64,000 nucleotides of DNA from Candidatus Eiseniibacteriota bacterium. GTDB lineage: Bacteria; Eisenbacteria; RBG-16-71-46; CAVPCR01. Under the pieces are notes generated by a model, which saw only the letters and a program-made list of their open reading frames with translations, ran no database searches and was not told the DNA's origin. This document shows positions 51,718-61,416 of this stretch, piece by piece. The stretch covers positions 224,001 through 288,000 of the forward strand of contig CAVPCR010000002.1 of NCBI GenBank assembly GCA_963702435.1, given 5' to 3'. Both the position numbers and the translations under genes were made by a program. Position 1 is the first letter of the stretch, and every line of letters begins with the position of its first letter.

Positions 51718-52814
51718 CGCCCCGCTCCGCGCGCGGCGACGAGCTCAGCGAACAGGGCCTCGACTGCCGCCATGTTGCGGTTCCAGGTCGCCCGCTCGTC
51801 GATGCGCCGGGCGTTCTCGGCAGCCGCCCGCGCACGGAGATCCGGGGCCGCGAGCGCGCCGGCGATCGCCGCCGCGAGCGCCGCCGGATCGTCGAGCGGC
51901 ACCAGCCTTCCGTTCACCCCGTCCTCGATCCACTCCCGGTTGGCCTCGATATCGGTGACCACGGGGAAGGCACCGGCGGCCATCGCCTCGAGGAGCGAGA
52001 CCGAGGTCGAATCGGAGCGCGAGGTGGACACGTAGATCGCGGCCCGGCCAAGGAGGCGGGCCATCGCCGCGTGCGGGACCATGCCGTGGAAGACCACTCC
52101 GCCCGGCGCCGCCGCGTCCGCGCGCGCCGCGAGCATGGCCCGCTCCGGTCCGTCGCCGGCCACCTCGATCCGAGTCCCCGGACTGGCGGCGAGGAGCGCC
52201 GGTACGGCGCCGATGAGCTGCGCCACGTTGTAGACGGGCTCGAGCTTCCGGGTCGAGACGACGAGGAGCGGCGCCCCGGGCGGCTCGGCGCCCGGCGGCA
52301 CCGCGCGCGCGGCGCGATAGCGCTCCGGTTCGACCCCCATCGGCACGGTCAACACCCGCTCGGGCGCGCCGCCGAGCGCGATCACGGCCCGGGTCAGCAT
52401 CGCCGCGTCGGTCGTGATGCGATCGGCCCGGGCGAGGACGAAGCGCGCCCGTGCCGCATGGAAGGGCGAGGCGACGCCCGAGACGAGCACGTCCGAGCCC
52501 CACGCGCTCACCACCAGCGGCCGCCAGCCCGCGAGCGTCCCGATGAGCCCGTAGTTGGGCACGAAGTGCGCGTTCACGAGATCGGGAGCGAAGCGCGCGA
52601 GGAGCCGGCGGACCGCCGGGGTCGCGAGCGGATAGCGGAGGAAACGGAACGGAACGGACGACTCGAGCAGATGACAGGGATAGGCGAACCCGTGGTCCGG
52701 CTCGAGCGAGATCAGCTCGACCGCATGCCCGCGGGCATGGAACCAGTCGGCCCAGCGGCGCGTGTGGATGACCTGGGCGTTGGCGAGGAAGGCGAGGCGC
52801 ACGGCCCGCCTCAC
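51714..52814 (-). CDS. GT4 glycosyltransferase
   Basis: HTRRWA, VNAHF, SAWGSDV, STRKLEPVY, SDSTSVSLLEAMAAG; GTG overlaps upstream stop (alt. 52802). Confidence 0.9.
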   Translation of the reverse strand: MRRAVRLAFLANAQVIHTRRWADWFHARGHAVELISLEPDHGFAYPCHLLESSVPFRFLRYPLATPAVRRLLARFAPDLVNAHFVPNYGLIGTLAGWRPLVVSAWGSDVLVSGVASPFHAARARFVLARADRITTDAAMLTRAVIALGGAPERVLTVPMGVEPERYRAARAVPPGAEPPGAPLLVVSTRKLEPVYNVAQLIGAVPALLAASPGTRIEVAGDGPERAMLAARADAAAPGGVVFHGMVPHAAMARLLGRAAIYVSTSRSDSTSVSLLEAMAAGAFPVVTDIEANREWIEDGVNGRLVPLDDPAALAAAIAGALAAPDLRARAAAENARRIDERATWNRNMAAVEALFAELVAARGAGR

Positions 52815-53788
52815 CCGCCGCCGCGCCGGACGGCGCCGAGCGGCCGGCGCACGAGCCGGAGGAGGGGATTCTCGTAGAGGTAGTAGTTGAAGAAGAGCCG
52901 CTGCGTCCCGAAGGAGGACTTGAAGTGCTCGACCCCCTTGATCCCGGCCGAGGACAGGAAGTTGAAGTAGCGGTAGCCCTGGCGCGCTCCCCACTTCATG
53001 GCCTCGGCGTACATGAGGTTGTTCGGATCGTAACCGCGGAACTCGCGGTCGAACCCGCCGACATAGGGCGTCTGGTGCTCGCCGAAAGTGAAGACGACGC
53101 ACCCGGCGATCATCCGCCCTTCGAGCCGCGCCACCCAGAGCTGGGCATTCTCCGGCGCCAGCCTCGACACGGCCGCGAAGAAACGCTCGCCGAAGGGCGG
53201 CTCCCGCTCCCAGGTGCGCGCCGTCTCGTGGTAGAGGCGGCAGAAGTCGACGAAGGTCCCTGCACCGTGCTCGATCCCGGCGTGCACGCCGCGCCGCGCC
53301 GACTTCCGCACCGAGTAGCGGAGCCCCCGCGAGAAGCGGTGCTGCCAGATCCGGTCGTATCCCTCATCGAGCCGCAGGTAGTGGATGAAGTTCTGGCTGT
53401 GGAAGACGTCGTCGGGAATGGCGAAGCGGCCGAGGGGATTCGGCGTCATCATGAGCCGCACGACCGGGGGGCGGCCGCGCCTGAGATCGCCGAGGATGGC
53501 GGCGACCTCCGCGCGGTCGAGGGCGCGCTCGGCGAGGAAAGCGCCGTAGGTGCCGAAGGGCATCGACTCGAGAGCGGCGAGGTTCCCGCCCAGGCGGGTC
53601 CGCCGCATGAGCGGCACCAGGACGCGGGCGCCGTCCGCCAGCTCGTAGAAGCGCGTGTCTACCCGGCAATCGGGGAAGGACTCGACGAGCACGGCGGCCC
53701 AGGTCGGGGTCTGGAAGAAGGTGGCGTCGCCCGTCTTCTCCACCCAGGCCCACCACTCGGCCGCCGAGACGTCGCGGATGACCTTCAC
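52811..53788 (-). CDS. FemAB-like / GNAT family protein
   Basis: ATFFQTPTW, SMPFGTYG, RYSVRKSARRGV, PNNLMYAEAMKWG, GVEHFKSSFG. Confidence 0.82.
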   Translation of the reverse strand: MKVIRDVSAAEWWAWVEKTGDATFFQTPTWAAVLVESFPDCRVDTRFYELADGARVLVPLMRRTRLGGNLAALESMPFGTYGAFLAERALDRAEVAAILGDLRRGRPPVVRLMMTPNPLGRFAIPDDVFHSQNFIHYLRLDEGYDRIWQHRFSRGLRYSVRKSARRGVHAGIEHGAGTFVDFCRLYHETARTWEREPPFGERFFAAVSRLAPENAQLWVARLEGRMIAGCVVFTFGEHQTPYVGGFDREFRGYDPNNLMYAEAMKWGARQGYRYFNFLSSAGIKGVEHFKSSFGTQRLFFNYYLYENPLLRLVRRPLGAVRRGGG

Positions 53789-55227
53789 CGCGGCGCCCCG
53801 GCCGGCGCCGCCCGGTAGCTCGGCACCACCGCCGCCAGCATAGCAAGAACCTGCGCTCGATCGCAAGCCATCGCGGCACGCTCGAGAACGCCGATGACCG
53901 CCTCGAGATCGGCGCGCGGCGCGAGCCGGGTCTCGACCCGCTTGATCTTGGGATGGGCGGTCGCGACCGGCGTCTCCCCCACCGCCCACAACCGCTCGTG
54001 CCGGCGCTCGCCGGGGCGGAGTCCCGTGAAGACGATCGGGATATCCACGTCCGGGCGAAACCCGGAGAAGATGATGAGCTCGCGCGCCAGATCGAGGATC
54101 CTGATCGGCTGGCCCATGTCGAGGACGAAGATCTCGCCGCCCCGGCCGAGGGCCCCGGCCTGGATGACGAGCGAGGCCGCCTCGCGCACGGTCATGAAGT
54201 AGCGGGTCGCCTCCGGATCGGACACGGTGACCGGGCCGCCGCGGGCGATCTGCCGCTTGAAGAGCGGCACCACCGAGCCGCGGCTCCCGAGCACGTTCCC
54301 GAAACGGACGGCGGTCAGGCAGGGCCGGCTCCCCGCCGCCGCCGCGCGCACCATCTCCTCCGCCAGGCGCTTGGTCGCACCCATCACGCTCTCGGGCTCG
54401 GCGGCCTTGTCGGTCGAGATGACGACGACCCGCTCGACCTCGGCGGCGCGCGCCGCCGCGATCACGTTGGCGGTGCCGACCACGTTGCGGAGCACGGCCT
54501 CTTCCGGGAAGTGCTCCATGTAGGGCACGTGCTTGTGCGCCGCGGCGTGGAAGACGACGGCCGGACGGTGCGTCGCGCAGGCCACGTCGAGCGAGCGCCG
54601 ATCGCGCACGTCGGCGATGACGAGATCGAGCGCGGTCGAGCCCGCGCCGGGACGGAGCTCCGACTCGATCTCGAAGAGCGAGTTCTCGCCGCGGCCGAGG
54701 AGCACGAGCCGCGCCGCGCCCGCCACGAGCGCCTGCCGGCAAAGCTCGCCGCCGATCGACCCGCCGGCGCCGGTGACCAGCACGGTCTTCCCGGCCAGGT
54801 AGTCGCGACCCGCCGCGCCGGCGGTCAGGTCCACCGACTCGCGGCCGAGGAGATCCTCCGGCTGGACGCGCCGGATCTGGTCGATCGTGACCTCGCCGAG
54901 GATGATCTCGCGGATCCCCGGCACGATCTTGAAGCCGACCTTCGCCTGCTCGCAGGCGCGCACGAGGGCGCGGATCGTGTCTCCGCTCTCCGAGGGCACG
55001 GCGATCAGGATCTCGTCGATCGCGAGCTCCCGGACGAGCCGCGGGATATCGGCGCGATTCCCGCACACGGGGAGCCCGGCGATCTCCGTGCCGAGCTTGG
55101 CCGGATCGTCGTCGATGAAGCCGACCGGCCGGTAGCCGTACTCGGGATGCCCCTGCATCTCGAGCGCCGCTTCCCGTCCGGCGATCCCGGCTCCGATCAG
55201 GAGAACCCGCACATCCACCCGCGCCAT
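53785..55227 (-). CDS. CapD/PglF-like NDP-sugar 4,6-dehydratase lacking the N-terminal TM segment
   Basis: VGFIDDD, EDLLGR, VTGAGGSIGGEL, HAAAHKHVP, ISTDKA, MGATKR, VRFGNVLGSRGSV. Confidence 0.93.
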   Translation of the reverse strand: MARVDVRVLLIGAGIAGREAALEMQGHPEYGYRPVGFIDDDPAKLGTEIAGLPVCGNRADIPRLVRELAIDEILIAVPSESGDTIRALVRACEQAKVGFKIVPGIREIILGEVTIDQIRRVQPEDLLGRESVDLTAGAAGRDYLAGKTVLVTGAGGSIGGELCRQALVAGAARLVLLGRGENSLFEIESELRPGAGSTALDLVIADVRDRRSLDVACATHRPAVVFHAAAHKHVPYMEHFPEEAVLRNVVGTANVIAAARAAEVERVVVISTDKAAEPESVMGATKRLAEEMVRAAAAGSRPCLTAVRFGNVLGSRGSVVPLFKRQIARGGPVTVSDPEATRYFMTVREAASLVIQAGALGRGGEIFVLDMGQPIRILDLARELIIFSGFRPDVDIPIVFTGLRPGERRHERLWAVGETPVATAHPKIKRVETRLAPRADLEAVIGVLERAAMACDRAQVLAMLAAVVPSYRAAPAGAPR

Positions 55228-55230
55228 CGT

Positions 55231-56631
55231 CTATCCGCCCGCGGCCAGCCGGAGGAGGAGCGCCGCGCCGAGGAATCCGATCCCGCCGGCCGCGACCACC
55301 AGCGGCCAATCCCGGAGATGCTCGCGCCCGGCGGCCGCGAACACGAAGAAGTAGGGGTAGAGCTGGGTCATATGGCGCGGTCCCCCGCCCCGGAACGCTG
55401 CCGCATAGAGAGACACCGCGAGAAAGCCCATCACGAGGATCGGCGCCACCCCCACCCGCTGCTTGCGCAGGAGGTGGAGGAGCCCGGCGGCCGCGAACGG
55501 CAGGAGCGCGTAGCGGAGGAGCGAGCCGATCGCCTCCGGCCAGAAGAGAAGATCGGCCTTCCAGGGCAGCGGTGTGAGCAGGAAGCGGGCGAAGCCGATC
55601 GGATAGAAGGCCACGACGTCGCCCAGCGAGCGGTAGAACACGCCGGTGAACAGGGAGCCCTGCATGGTGCCGACGGCCGAGAGCTTGGCCACCCAGACCT
55701 CGATGTTCCGGAAACGGAGCGCCGAGTACTCGAGCGCCCCGTACACCCCCGCCGAGACGACGGCCGCGGCGGCGAGGACTGCGAGCAGGGAGCGCCCCCG
55801 CGCGCGCGCCAGGACGAAGAGACCGGCCGCCACGCCGAATGTCCAGAACAGGAACATGTAGGTGCGGAGAAAGATGAGCGGGGTGGCGGGGACCACGGCG
55901 CACAAGAGGAGCAACCACCGCGGGTGGCGGGCGAACCGGACCCAGGAGAGCGCCGAGACAAGGAGGAGGAACGCGATCGAGATGTCCTTGAGGAGCTGCA
56001 CCGACCAGTAGATGGTCGGCGGCCACACCGCCATGAAGAGCGCGGCGGTGAGCCCGACCCGGCGCCCGGCGAGGTCCCGCCCGAGGAGGAAGGTGAGCGG
56101 GACGAGACTCGCGGAGAGGAGGAGGTTCAGGCTCTGCACGACGAGCGGGGCGCGTCCCGCCAGGAAGTACACGCACGCCACGACGTAGTGATAGCCGATC
56201 GTGAACCCGGCGGTCTGGTACTCGATGCGCGCGGGCCGCCCCGCCCGCCAGTGCTCGGCGATGTTGGCGCCGACCGCGTCGTAGTTGATCGAGTCGCGGA
56301 AGAGGAAGGCGTACGGATTGGCCGGGGAGGAGAAGGCGGCGCGGATCGTGATGAGCGCGGCGACGCGAAGGAAGAGCCCCGCAGCGAAGAGCACGGCAAC
56401 CTGGTCGCGGTCCCGGGCCGGGAGCATGAAGAGGAGGATCCCGATCCCGGCGGCGCCGGCGAGCAGGATCCCGGACGCCGCCGCCACCTCGCGTCCGGCG
56501 CCGAGGAGGAGAGCCGTGAACACGGCCTCGGCGGCGAGGACGGCGCCGATCGCCCCGGCCGGACCATGACCGGGCCGCGCTTCCGCGGGCGCCGGCCCGA
56601 GCGGCCAGGTCGCGCGACCCGCGGGCGTCAT
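55231..56631 (-). CDS. Multi-TM GT-C-like (ArnT/PMT-type) glycosyltransferase
   Basis: RDSINYD loop after TM, YHYVVACVY, SVQLLKD, many TMs; ATGA overlap with upstream gene. Confidence 0.72.
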   Translation of the reverse strand: MTPAGRATWPLGPAPAEARPGHGPAGAIGAVLAAEAVFTALLLGAGREVAAASGILLAGAAGIGILLFMLPARDRDQVAVLFAAGLFLRVAALITIRAAFSSPANPYAFLFRDSINYDAVGANIAEHWRAGRPARIEYQTAGFTIGYHYVVACVYFLAGRAPLVVQSLNLLLSASLVPLTFLLGRDLAGRRVGLTAALFMAVWPPTIYWSVQLLKDISIAFLLLVSALSWVRFARHPRWLLLLCAVVPATPLIFLRTYMFLFWTFGVAAGLFVLARARGRSLLAVLAAAAVVSAGVYGALEYSALRFRNIEVWVAKLSAVGTMQGSLFTGVFYRSLGDVVAFYPIGFARFLLTPLPWKADLLFWPEAIGSLLRYALLPFAAAGLLHLLRKQRVGVAPILVMGFLAVSLYAAAFRGGGPRHMTQLYPYFFVFAAAGREHLRDWPLVVAAGGIGFLGAALLLRLAAGG

Positions 56632-58922
56632 TGCTGGACGGCCACCCGGCGATAGTCCGGCGCGCAGTTGCAGGTCGCTCTCGTGCTCAGGATGCGAAGC
56701 AGATAAACCCCAGACGGCACCGGATCGCCGCTCGAGTCGCTCCCATCCCACACGATGTCGGTGGCCTGCGCCACGCGACTCGCCACTTCCCTCCCGAGCG
56801 CGTCGATGACCGTGACGTGCACCTCGCCGGCGTCGGCGGACTCGGCCAGCCGCAGGCCGCCGCTCTCGCCCGGGCGCAGGGGATTCGGGTACGGACAGAG
56901 CCGCGTGCAGGCCGCCCCGCTCCCGCCGCCTCCCCCACCGCTGCCGGCGCACGACGCATCGTAGGCGAGACGCGAGAGCCCGCCCGCCGTTGCGAACCAC
57001 ACGGCAGCCGCGGCGCGATCCACCGCGATCGCGTTCACCTGGTCGGCGGCGAGCCCGGGCCGCGACCCCGCGCTCACCACCGAGAGGGTCTGTCCTTCGC
57101 GATCGAGCGCGGCGGCGCCGCCCGGGGTGCCCACCCACATGCGCCCGCAGCCGTCGGCCGCCAGCGCATTGACCAGCGGAGCGGGAAGCGTGCTCCCCGC
57201 GACCGTCCGCACGAGCTCCGTTCCGGAGAAGACGGCGATGCCGTTCACCGTGCCGATCCACATCTCGTTCTCGCCGGCAGCGAGCGCGGTGACGCGCGTC
57301 GCCGGCAAGCCCTGGGCGGCGGCGATGTTGGCAATCGTGGCCGGCAGTCGTCCGGGGTTGGTCCACACATCGGCGCCGAAGTCCGTGTACCCGATCCACA
57401 GGCGGCCGGCGCTGTCGAAGGCGAGGGCCTCGACGGAGCTCGAGGTGAGGCCGTCGGCCGCGGTGAACTCGCTGACCTCGCGGCTCACCGGGTCGATCCG
57501 ATAGACGCCGAATCCCTCGCTCGCCTCGTGGCGCACGCTCGCAAACCAGATGGCGCCGTCGGGTCCCTCGATCATGTCGAGCACATCCCAGGTGGCCAGC
57601 GCCCGTGCGGTATCGGCAAAGGCCCGAAGCTCCTCGCCGCGACAGCTCGACCCCGTGCCGCAACAGCAGTGGCCGAGCCAGGTGGCCCCCGCCCTGCTGA
57701 CGAGCAGGGTCGAGAAGTCCTGGTTCTCGATGCCCTGGTTGCCGCGCTGCACCGCGGTGAAGGTCGGTCCGGCGTCGCCCTCGGCGACGAGCTCGGTCAG
57801 GACCGCGCGGGACACGGCGCGGGCCCGACCGGTGCCGCCGAGCGCGGCCACATCGAGGAAGTCGTTCGAGAAGGCAAAGAGCCCCGGACCGGGCGGATCG
57901 GGCGACGGGATGCGCCGCCAGATCTCGTTCGCACCGAGGCGATGGAGACCGCGATTGGTGGCCGCCCACAGCGAGCCGGAGAGAGAGACGAGGCCGTTCA
58001 CATCGCGAGTGGTGAGACCGTTGGACCGCGGGGACCAGGTCGTGTCCGTGAGGCGGTAGACGGTCGGGTTCGTGGCGCGCACGAGCGCCCCGACGTGGAG
58101 CGCGCCCGCGTGCTCGGCGAAGCAGACATAGGGCCGGCCGGCGACGAGCCCGGTGGCGCGCTCGATCCAGCGGTCGTCCTCGAAGCGATAGACGCTCGTG
58201 CGCGTCCCGGCCCACAGGAAGCCGGCGGCCACCGCGAGCGCGCGCACGTCGACATCGGTGAGTCCCGTGTTGAGGACGGCGCGCGAGCCGTCGGGATCGC
58301 GGCGCACGACCCCGCGTTGCGTGCCGAACCAGGTCGTGTCGCCGCGGGCGGCGATACCGTTGACACGCGGCGAGTCGCCGAGGATGGCCTCGAGATTGAT
58401 GGTCGCGACCACGGCGTCCCCCGGGCGCGACGGATCGGCGGGATAGGTGACGAGGGCCGCTCCGGTCGTCGTCCCCACCCACACGCTGTCGCCCACGGCG
58501 AGGAGCACGCGCACCGAGTCCGACCCGAGGTCGAAGCGGTCGAGCGGGCGGCTCAGGAATCCGCCATCCGGCGCCTCGGCCTGCAAACCGGCGCCGCGCG
58601 CTCCAAACCATCGATGTCCGCCCGCATCAGTGGCCACCGCAGTCAGGTCGGCAGCGGGGAGCCCGTCGTTCGGGTAGAGGCGGCGGTAGGTCGAGTCGTC
58701 CGGGGCAAAGGCCGTCGCTCCTCCGGTGGATGCCACCCACACCTGTCGCGCATCGGCATCGGCGGCGATCGCCTGCCCGAACGTACCGTCCATGTAGGTG
58801 GACCAGGTGCCGGCCGCGGCCCGGACCGGGACCGGCGCGGCGCTCAGGGCGAGCAGGAGGAGCCCGGCGGCGATGTGCGCCCCCCGGGCGCGCAGGATGC
58901 CGGCGGCGGATCGTCTCTGCAT
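56628..58922 (-). CDS. PorZ-like secreted beta-propeller protein with FlgD-Ig/T9SS-like CTD
   Basis: GAGGAG RBS; signal peptide ending VPVRA; repeated blades (DAGGHRWFG, DSAGRLWIG, DGCGRMWVGT, VWFATAGGLS, GLPAADLT, GLTSSSV); PYPNPLRP..IDALGREV..WDGSDSSG..SGVYLL. Confidence 0.75.
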   Translation of the reverse strand: MQRRSAAGILRARGAHIAAGLLLLALSAAPVPVRAAAGTWSTYMDGTFGQAIAADADARQVWVASTGGATAFAPDDSTYRRLYPNDGLPAADLTAVATDAGGHRWFGARGAGLQAEAPDGGFLSRPLDRFDLGSDSVRVLLAVGDSVWVGTTTGAALVTYPADPSRPGDAVVATINLEAILGDSPRVNGIAARGDTTWFGTQRGVVRRDPDGSRAVLNTGLTDVDVRALAVAAGFLWAGTRTSVYRFEDDRWIERATGLVAGRPYVCFAEHAGALHVGALVRATNPTVYRLTDTTWSPRSNGLTTRDVNGLVSLSGSLWAATNRGLHRLGANEIWRRIPSPDPPGPGLFAFSNDFLDVAALGGTGRARAVSRAVLTELVAEGDAGPTFTAVQRGNQGIENQDFSTLLVSRAGATWLGHCCCGTGSSCRGEELRAFADTARALATWDVLDMIEGPDGAIWFASVRHEASEGFGVYRIDPVSREVSEFTAADGLTSSSVEALAFDSAGRLWIGYTDFGADVWTNPGRLPATIANIAAAQGLPATRVTALAAGENEMWIGTVNGIAVFSGTELVRTVAGSTLPAPLVNALAADGCGRMWVGTPGGAAALDREGQTLSVVSAGSRPGLAADQVNAIAVDRAAAAVWFATAGGLSRLAYDASCAGSGGGGGGSGAACTRLCPYPNPLRPGESGGLRLAESADAGEVHVTVIDALGREVASRVAQATDIVWDGSDSSGDPVPSGVYLLRILSTRATCNCAPDYRRVAVQQ

Positions 58923-59004
58923 CGATCTCCTCTTCGACCGGGGCGACGGGTGATCGGCGTACCTCGCGGGGCCGCGAGGAGCGGGGCAAAGCGGCGTTCG
59001 GGGG

Positions 59005-59034
59005 AGCCTAGCACGCACGCCGGCGCCCGGCCAA
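59005..59034 (-). promoter_or_regulatory. Putative sigma70 promoter for the porZ-like gene and downstream glycan genes
   Basis: TTGGCC-N18-TAGGCT with TGC extended -10. Confidence 0.5.
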
Positions 59035-59065
59035 GGCGCGGCGGCGCTCCCCGGGGCCGGGGTGC

Positions 59066-60706
59066 TCAGTCCACAGGGCCGGGGCGAGCGGCGGCTTCCG
59101 GCACGAGGAGCTCGACGCCGGCCATCTCCTCGATCCGGGCCCCCGGCTCGAGATGACGCGACCAGGGCCCGAGGAGGCGGATGCGGAGGCCCTCGCGCCC
59201 GAGCGGCGCGAGCGCACCGAGCAGCGGAGCGAGGCTCCCGTCGCGATCGGCGACGATGACCTCGTGCACCCGCTCGCGATGACAGAGGTCGCGGAGCCGC
59301 GCCGGCGCTTGCTCGAGATCGGCGACCAGCCGCGCCCCGGGCTCGAGGGTGGCCACCACCTCGAAGCGCGGGCGCCGCGCCGCGGTCAAGCGCGCGGCCA
59401 TCCACGCCGCGAGCTCCGGGTCGCCGAGGAGGAGGACGCGCCGCGCGGCGAGCCCTTCGCGGGCCAGGCGATCGAGGAAGCGGCCGAGGAGGAGGCGGGC
59501 CCCGACGATGGCGGCGATCGCGAGCGGCACCGTGAGCCCGATCACGAAGCGCGAATAGGCCCGGATGTAGAGGAGAAAGGTGGACACCAGCACGGCGAGC
59601 GCGGAGAGGAGGACCGACCGGGTCACGCTGCGGAGCAGCTTCGCGCGCGTGAGCGCTTGGCCGGACCGGTAGAGCCCGCTCCGGCCGAGCGCGATCAGGG
59701 TCGCCAGGTTGAAGACGAGGAGGAACTGCCAGTAGTCGGCGACCGCGAACAGGGGCTTATCGAACTGGGCGGAGAGGAGCTTGCGCACGCCGAAGGCGAG
59801 GAGGAACGCCGCGTTCAGGGCGAGGAGATCGGCGGCGGCGAGCGTGAGCCCGCGCACGCGCTCGCGGTTCCGCTTGAGGACGTAGAGGAGGAGACTCCAC
59901 TTCTCGTAGAAGCGGAGGACGCTCGCCAGATGCATGCGGCGGCTGGGATGGAAGAGGCCGCCGTGCGCCGAGTCGCGGCGATGGTGATGGATCATGACCG
60001 CGTCGGGCACGTAGAGCACCTGCCACCCGCGCAGATGCATGCGCGCGCACCAGTCCACATCCTCGAAGTAGAGGAAGAAGCGCTCATCCATCGGACCGAC
60101 ATCGGCGACCGCACGCCGGCGCACGAGAAGGCAGGCCCCGATCAACCAGTCGACGTTGCGGCGCGTCGCGTGGTCCCAGTCGAGCATCAGGTGGGCGCGG
60201 AGGGCCGGGTGCCGGGGCAGGAGGCGGCCGAGGACGGTGCGGCGGAGGAGCATCGCGCCGGGGGTGTAGAAGCGGCGGCAGGAGTGCTGGAGCGTGCGGT
60301 CGGGATTGAGGAGCCTGGCCCCGGCGAGCCCGGCGTCGGGCTCGCCTTCCATCGCCCGGACCAGCCGGGCGATCGCCTCCGGCTCCACCTCGATGTCGGG
60401 GTTGAGCACGAGCACGTAGTCGGTGCTCGTGGCCGCCAGTCCCTGGTTCACGGCGCGGGCGTAGCCCACATTCCTGGGATTCCGGATCAGGGTGACGCCG
60501 GGGGTGGCGCCGGCCACGGCGGCCGCGCCCGTCGTGGTCGAGTTGTCGACGACGACGACCGGATCCCGGCCGAGGACCCGGGCCCGCGCGAGCGAGGCGA
60601 GGCAGGCGGTGAGGAGTTCCGGCGTCTCGTAGGCGACGATGACGACGGCGAGCGAGGGGGCGGTGACGGCCGGGGCCGCTGCGGCGCGGAGCTCACCGCT
60701 CGTCAT
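59066..60706 (-). CDS. GT2 (WbbL/rhamnosyltransferase-like) fused to 4 TM + CoA-binding-like domain
   Basis: VVVDN, NVGYARAVNQG, LNPD, VDWLIGACL, FFLYFEDVDWC; then ADLLALN...YSRFV TMs and RRVLLLG..EVIVA. Confidence 0.85.
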   Translation of the reverse strand: MTSGELRAAAAPAVTAPSLAVVIVAYETPELLTACLASLARARVLGRDPVVVVDNSTTTGAAAVAGATPGVTLIRNPRNVGYARAVNQGLAATSTDYVLVLNPDIEVEPEAIARLVRAMEGEPDAGLAGARLLNPDRTLQHSCRRFYTPGAMLLRRTVLGRLLPRHPALRAHLMLDWDHATRRNVDWLIGACLLVRRRAVADVGPMDERFFLYFEDVDWCARMHLRGWQVLYVPDAVMIHHHRRDSAHGGLFHPSRRMHLASVLRFYEKWSLLLYVLKRNRERVRGLTLAAADLLALNAAFLLAFGVRKLLSAQFDKPLFAVADYWQFLLVFNLATLIALGRSGLYRSGQALTRAKLLRSVTRSVLLSALAVLVSTFLLYIRAYSRFVIGLTVPLAIAAIVGARLLLGRFLDRLAREGLAARRVLLLGDPELAAWMAARLTAARRPRFEVVATLEPGARLVADLEQAPARLRDLCHRERVHEVIVADRDGSLAPLLGALAPLGREGLRIRLLGPWSRHLEPGARIEEMAGVELLVPEAAARPGPVD

Positions 60707-61416
60707 AGCCGGCCGAAGAGATCCAGGAAGCGGAGGCGCCAGACCATGGACATGGCCTCGCGTACGATACGCTTCGACATCTTCGAGTGGCCCACCCGCC
60801 GGTCGGAGAAGACGATGGGAATCTCCTTGATGCGGAAGCCCTTCTTCCAGGCCTTGAAGTTCATCTCGATCTGGAAGGAGTAGCCCTCGGAGCGCACCCG
60901 ATCGAGGTCGATGGCCGCGAGCACCTCCCGGCGGAAGCACTTGAAGCCGGTGGTCGAATCGCAGAGCGGGAGACCGGTCACGATCCGCGTGTAGCGGTTC
61001 GCGGTGTACGAGAGGAGGAGGCGCCCCATCGGCCAGTTGACGACGGTGACCCCGCGGAGATAGCGGGAGCCGATCACCAGGTCGGCGTCGGCGATGGCCG
61101 CGAGGAACTCCGGCAGACTCGCCGGATCGTGCGAGAAGTCGGAGTCCATCTCGAAAACGAGATCGTAGTCGCGTTCGAGGGCGAAGCGGAACCCGGCCCG
61201 GTAGGCCGAGCCGAGGCCGAGCTTCCCCGACCGGTGGAGGACGTGCACGCGGGGAATCCGCCGGACCAGCTCGTCGGCCACCTTGCCGGTGCCGTCGGGC
61301 GAGTTGTCGTCCACGACGAGCACCTCGAAGCTCGAGTCCACTGCCAGGATGCGCGGCACGATCTCGCCCAGGTTCTCCCGTTCGTTGTAGGTGGGGATGA
61401 CGACGAGCGCCTTCAT
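60703..61416 (-). CDS. Polyprenol monophosphomannose synthase (DPM1-like GT2)
   Basis: IPTYNEREN, VDDNSPDGTG, KLGLGSAY, MDSDFSHDP, GYSFQIEM, DRRVGHSKMS. Confidence 0.93.
   Translation of the reverse strand: MKALVVIPTYNERENLGEIVPRILAVDSSFEVLVVDDNSPDGTGKVADELVRRIPRVHVLHRSGKLGLGSAYRAGFRFALERDYDLVFEMDSDFSHDPASLPEFLAAIADADLVIGSRYLRGVTVVNWPMGRLLLSYTANRYTRIVTGLPLCDSTTGFKCFRREVLAAIDLDRVRSEGYSFQIEMNFKAWKKGFRIKEIPIVFSDRRVGHSKMSKRIVREAMSMVWRLRFLDLFGRL

Noticed and set aside
52811..56176. Apparent giant fusion ORFs (also 49124-51835, 55231-58611, 60703-63675, 15692-17437, 16576-18387)
   Set aside because: N-terminal parts are off-frame read-through over the upstream gene; true starts overlap upstream stops or follow clear RBSs.
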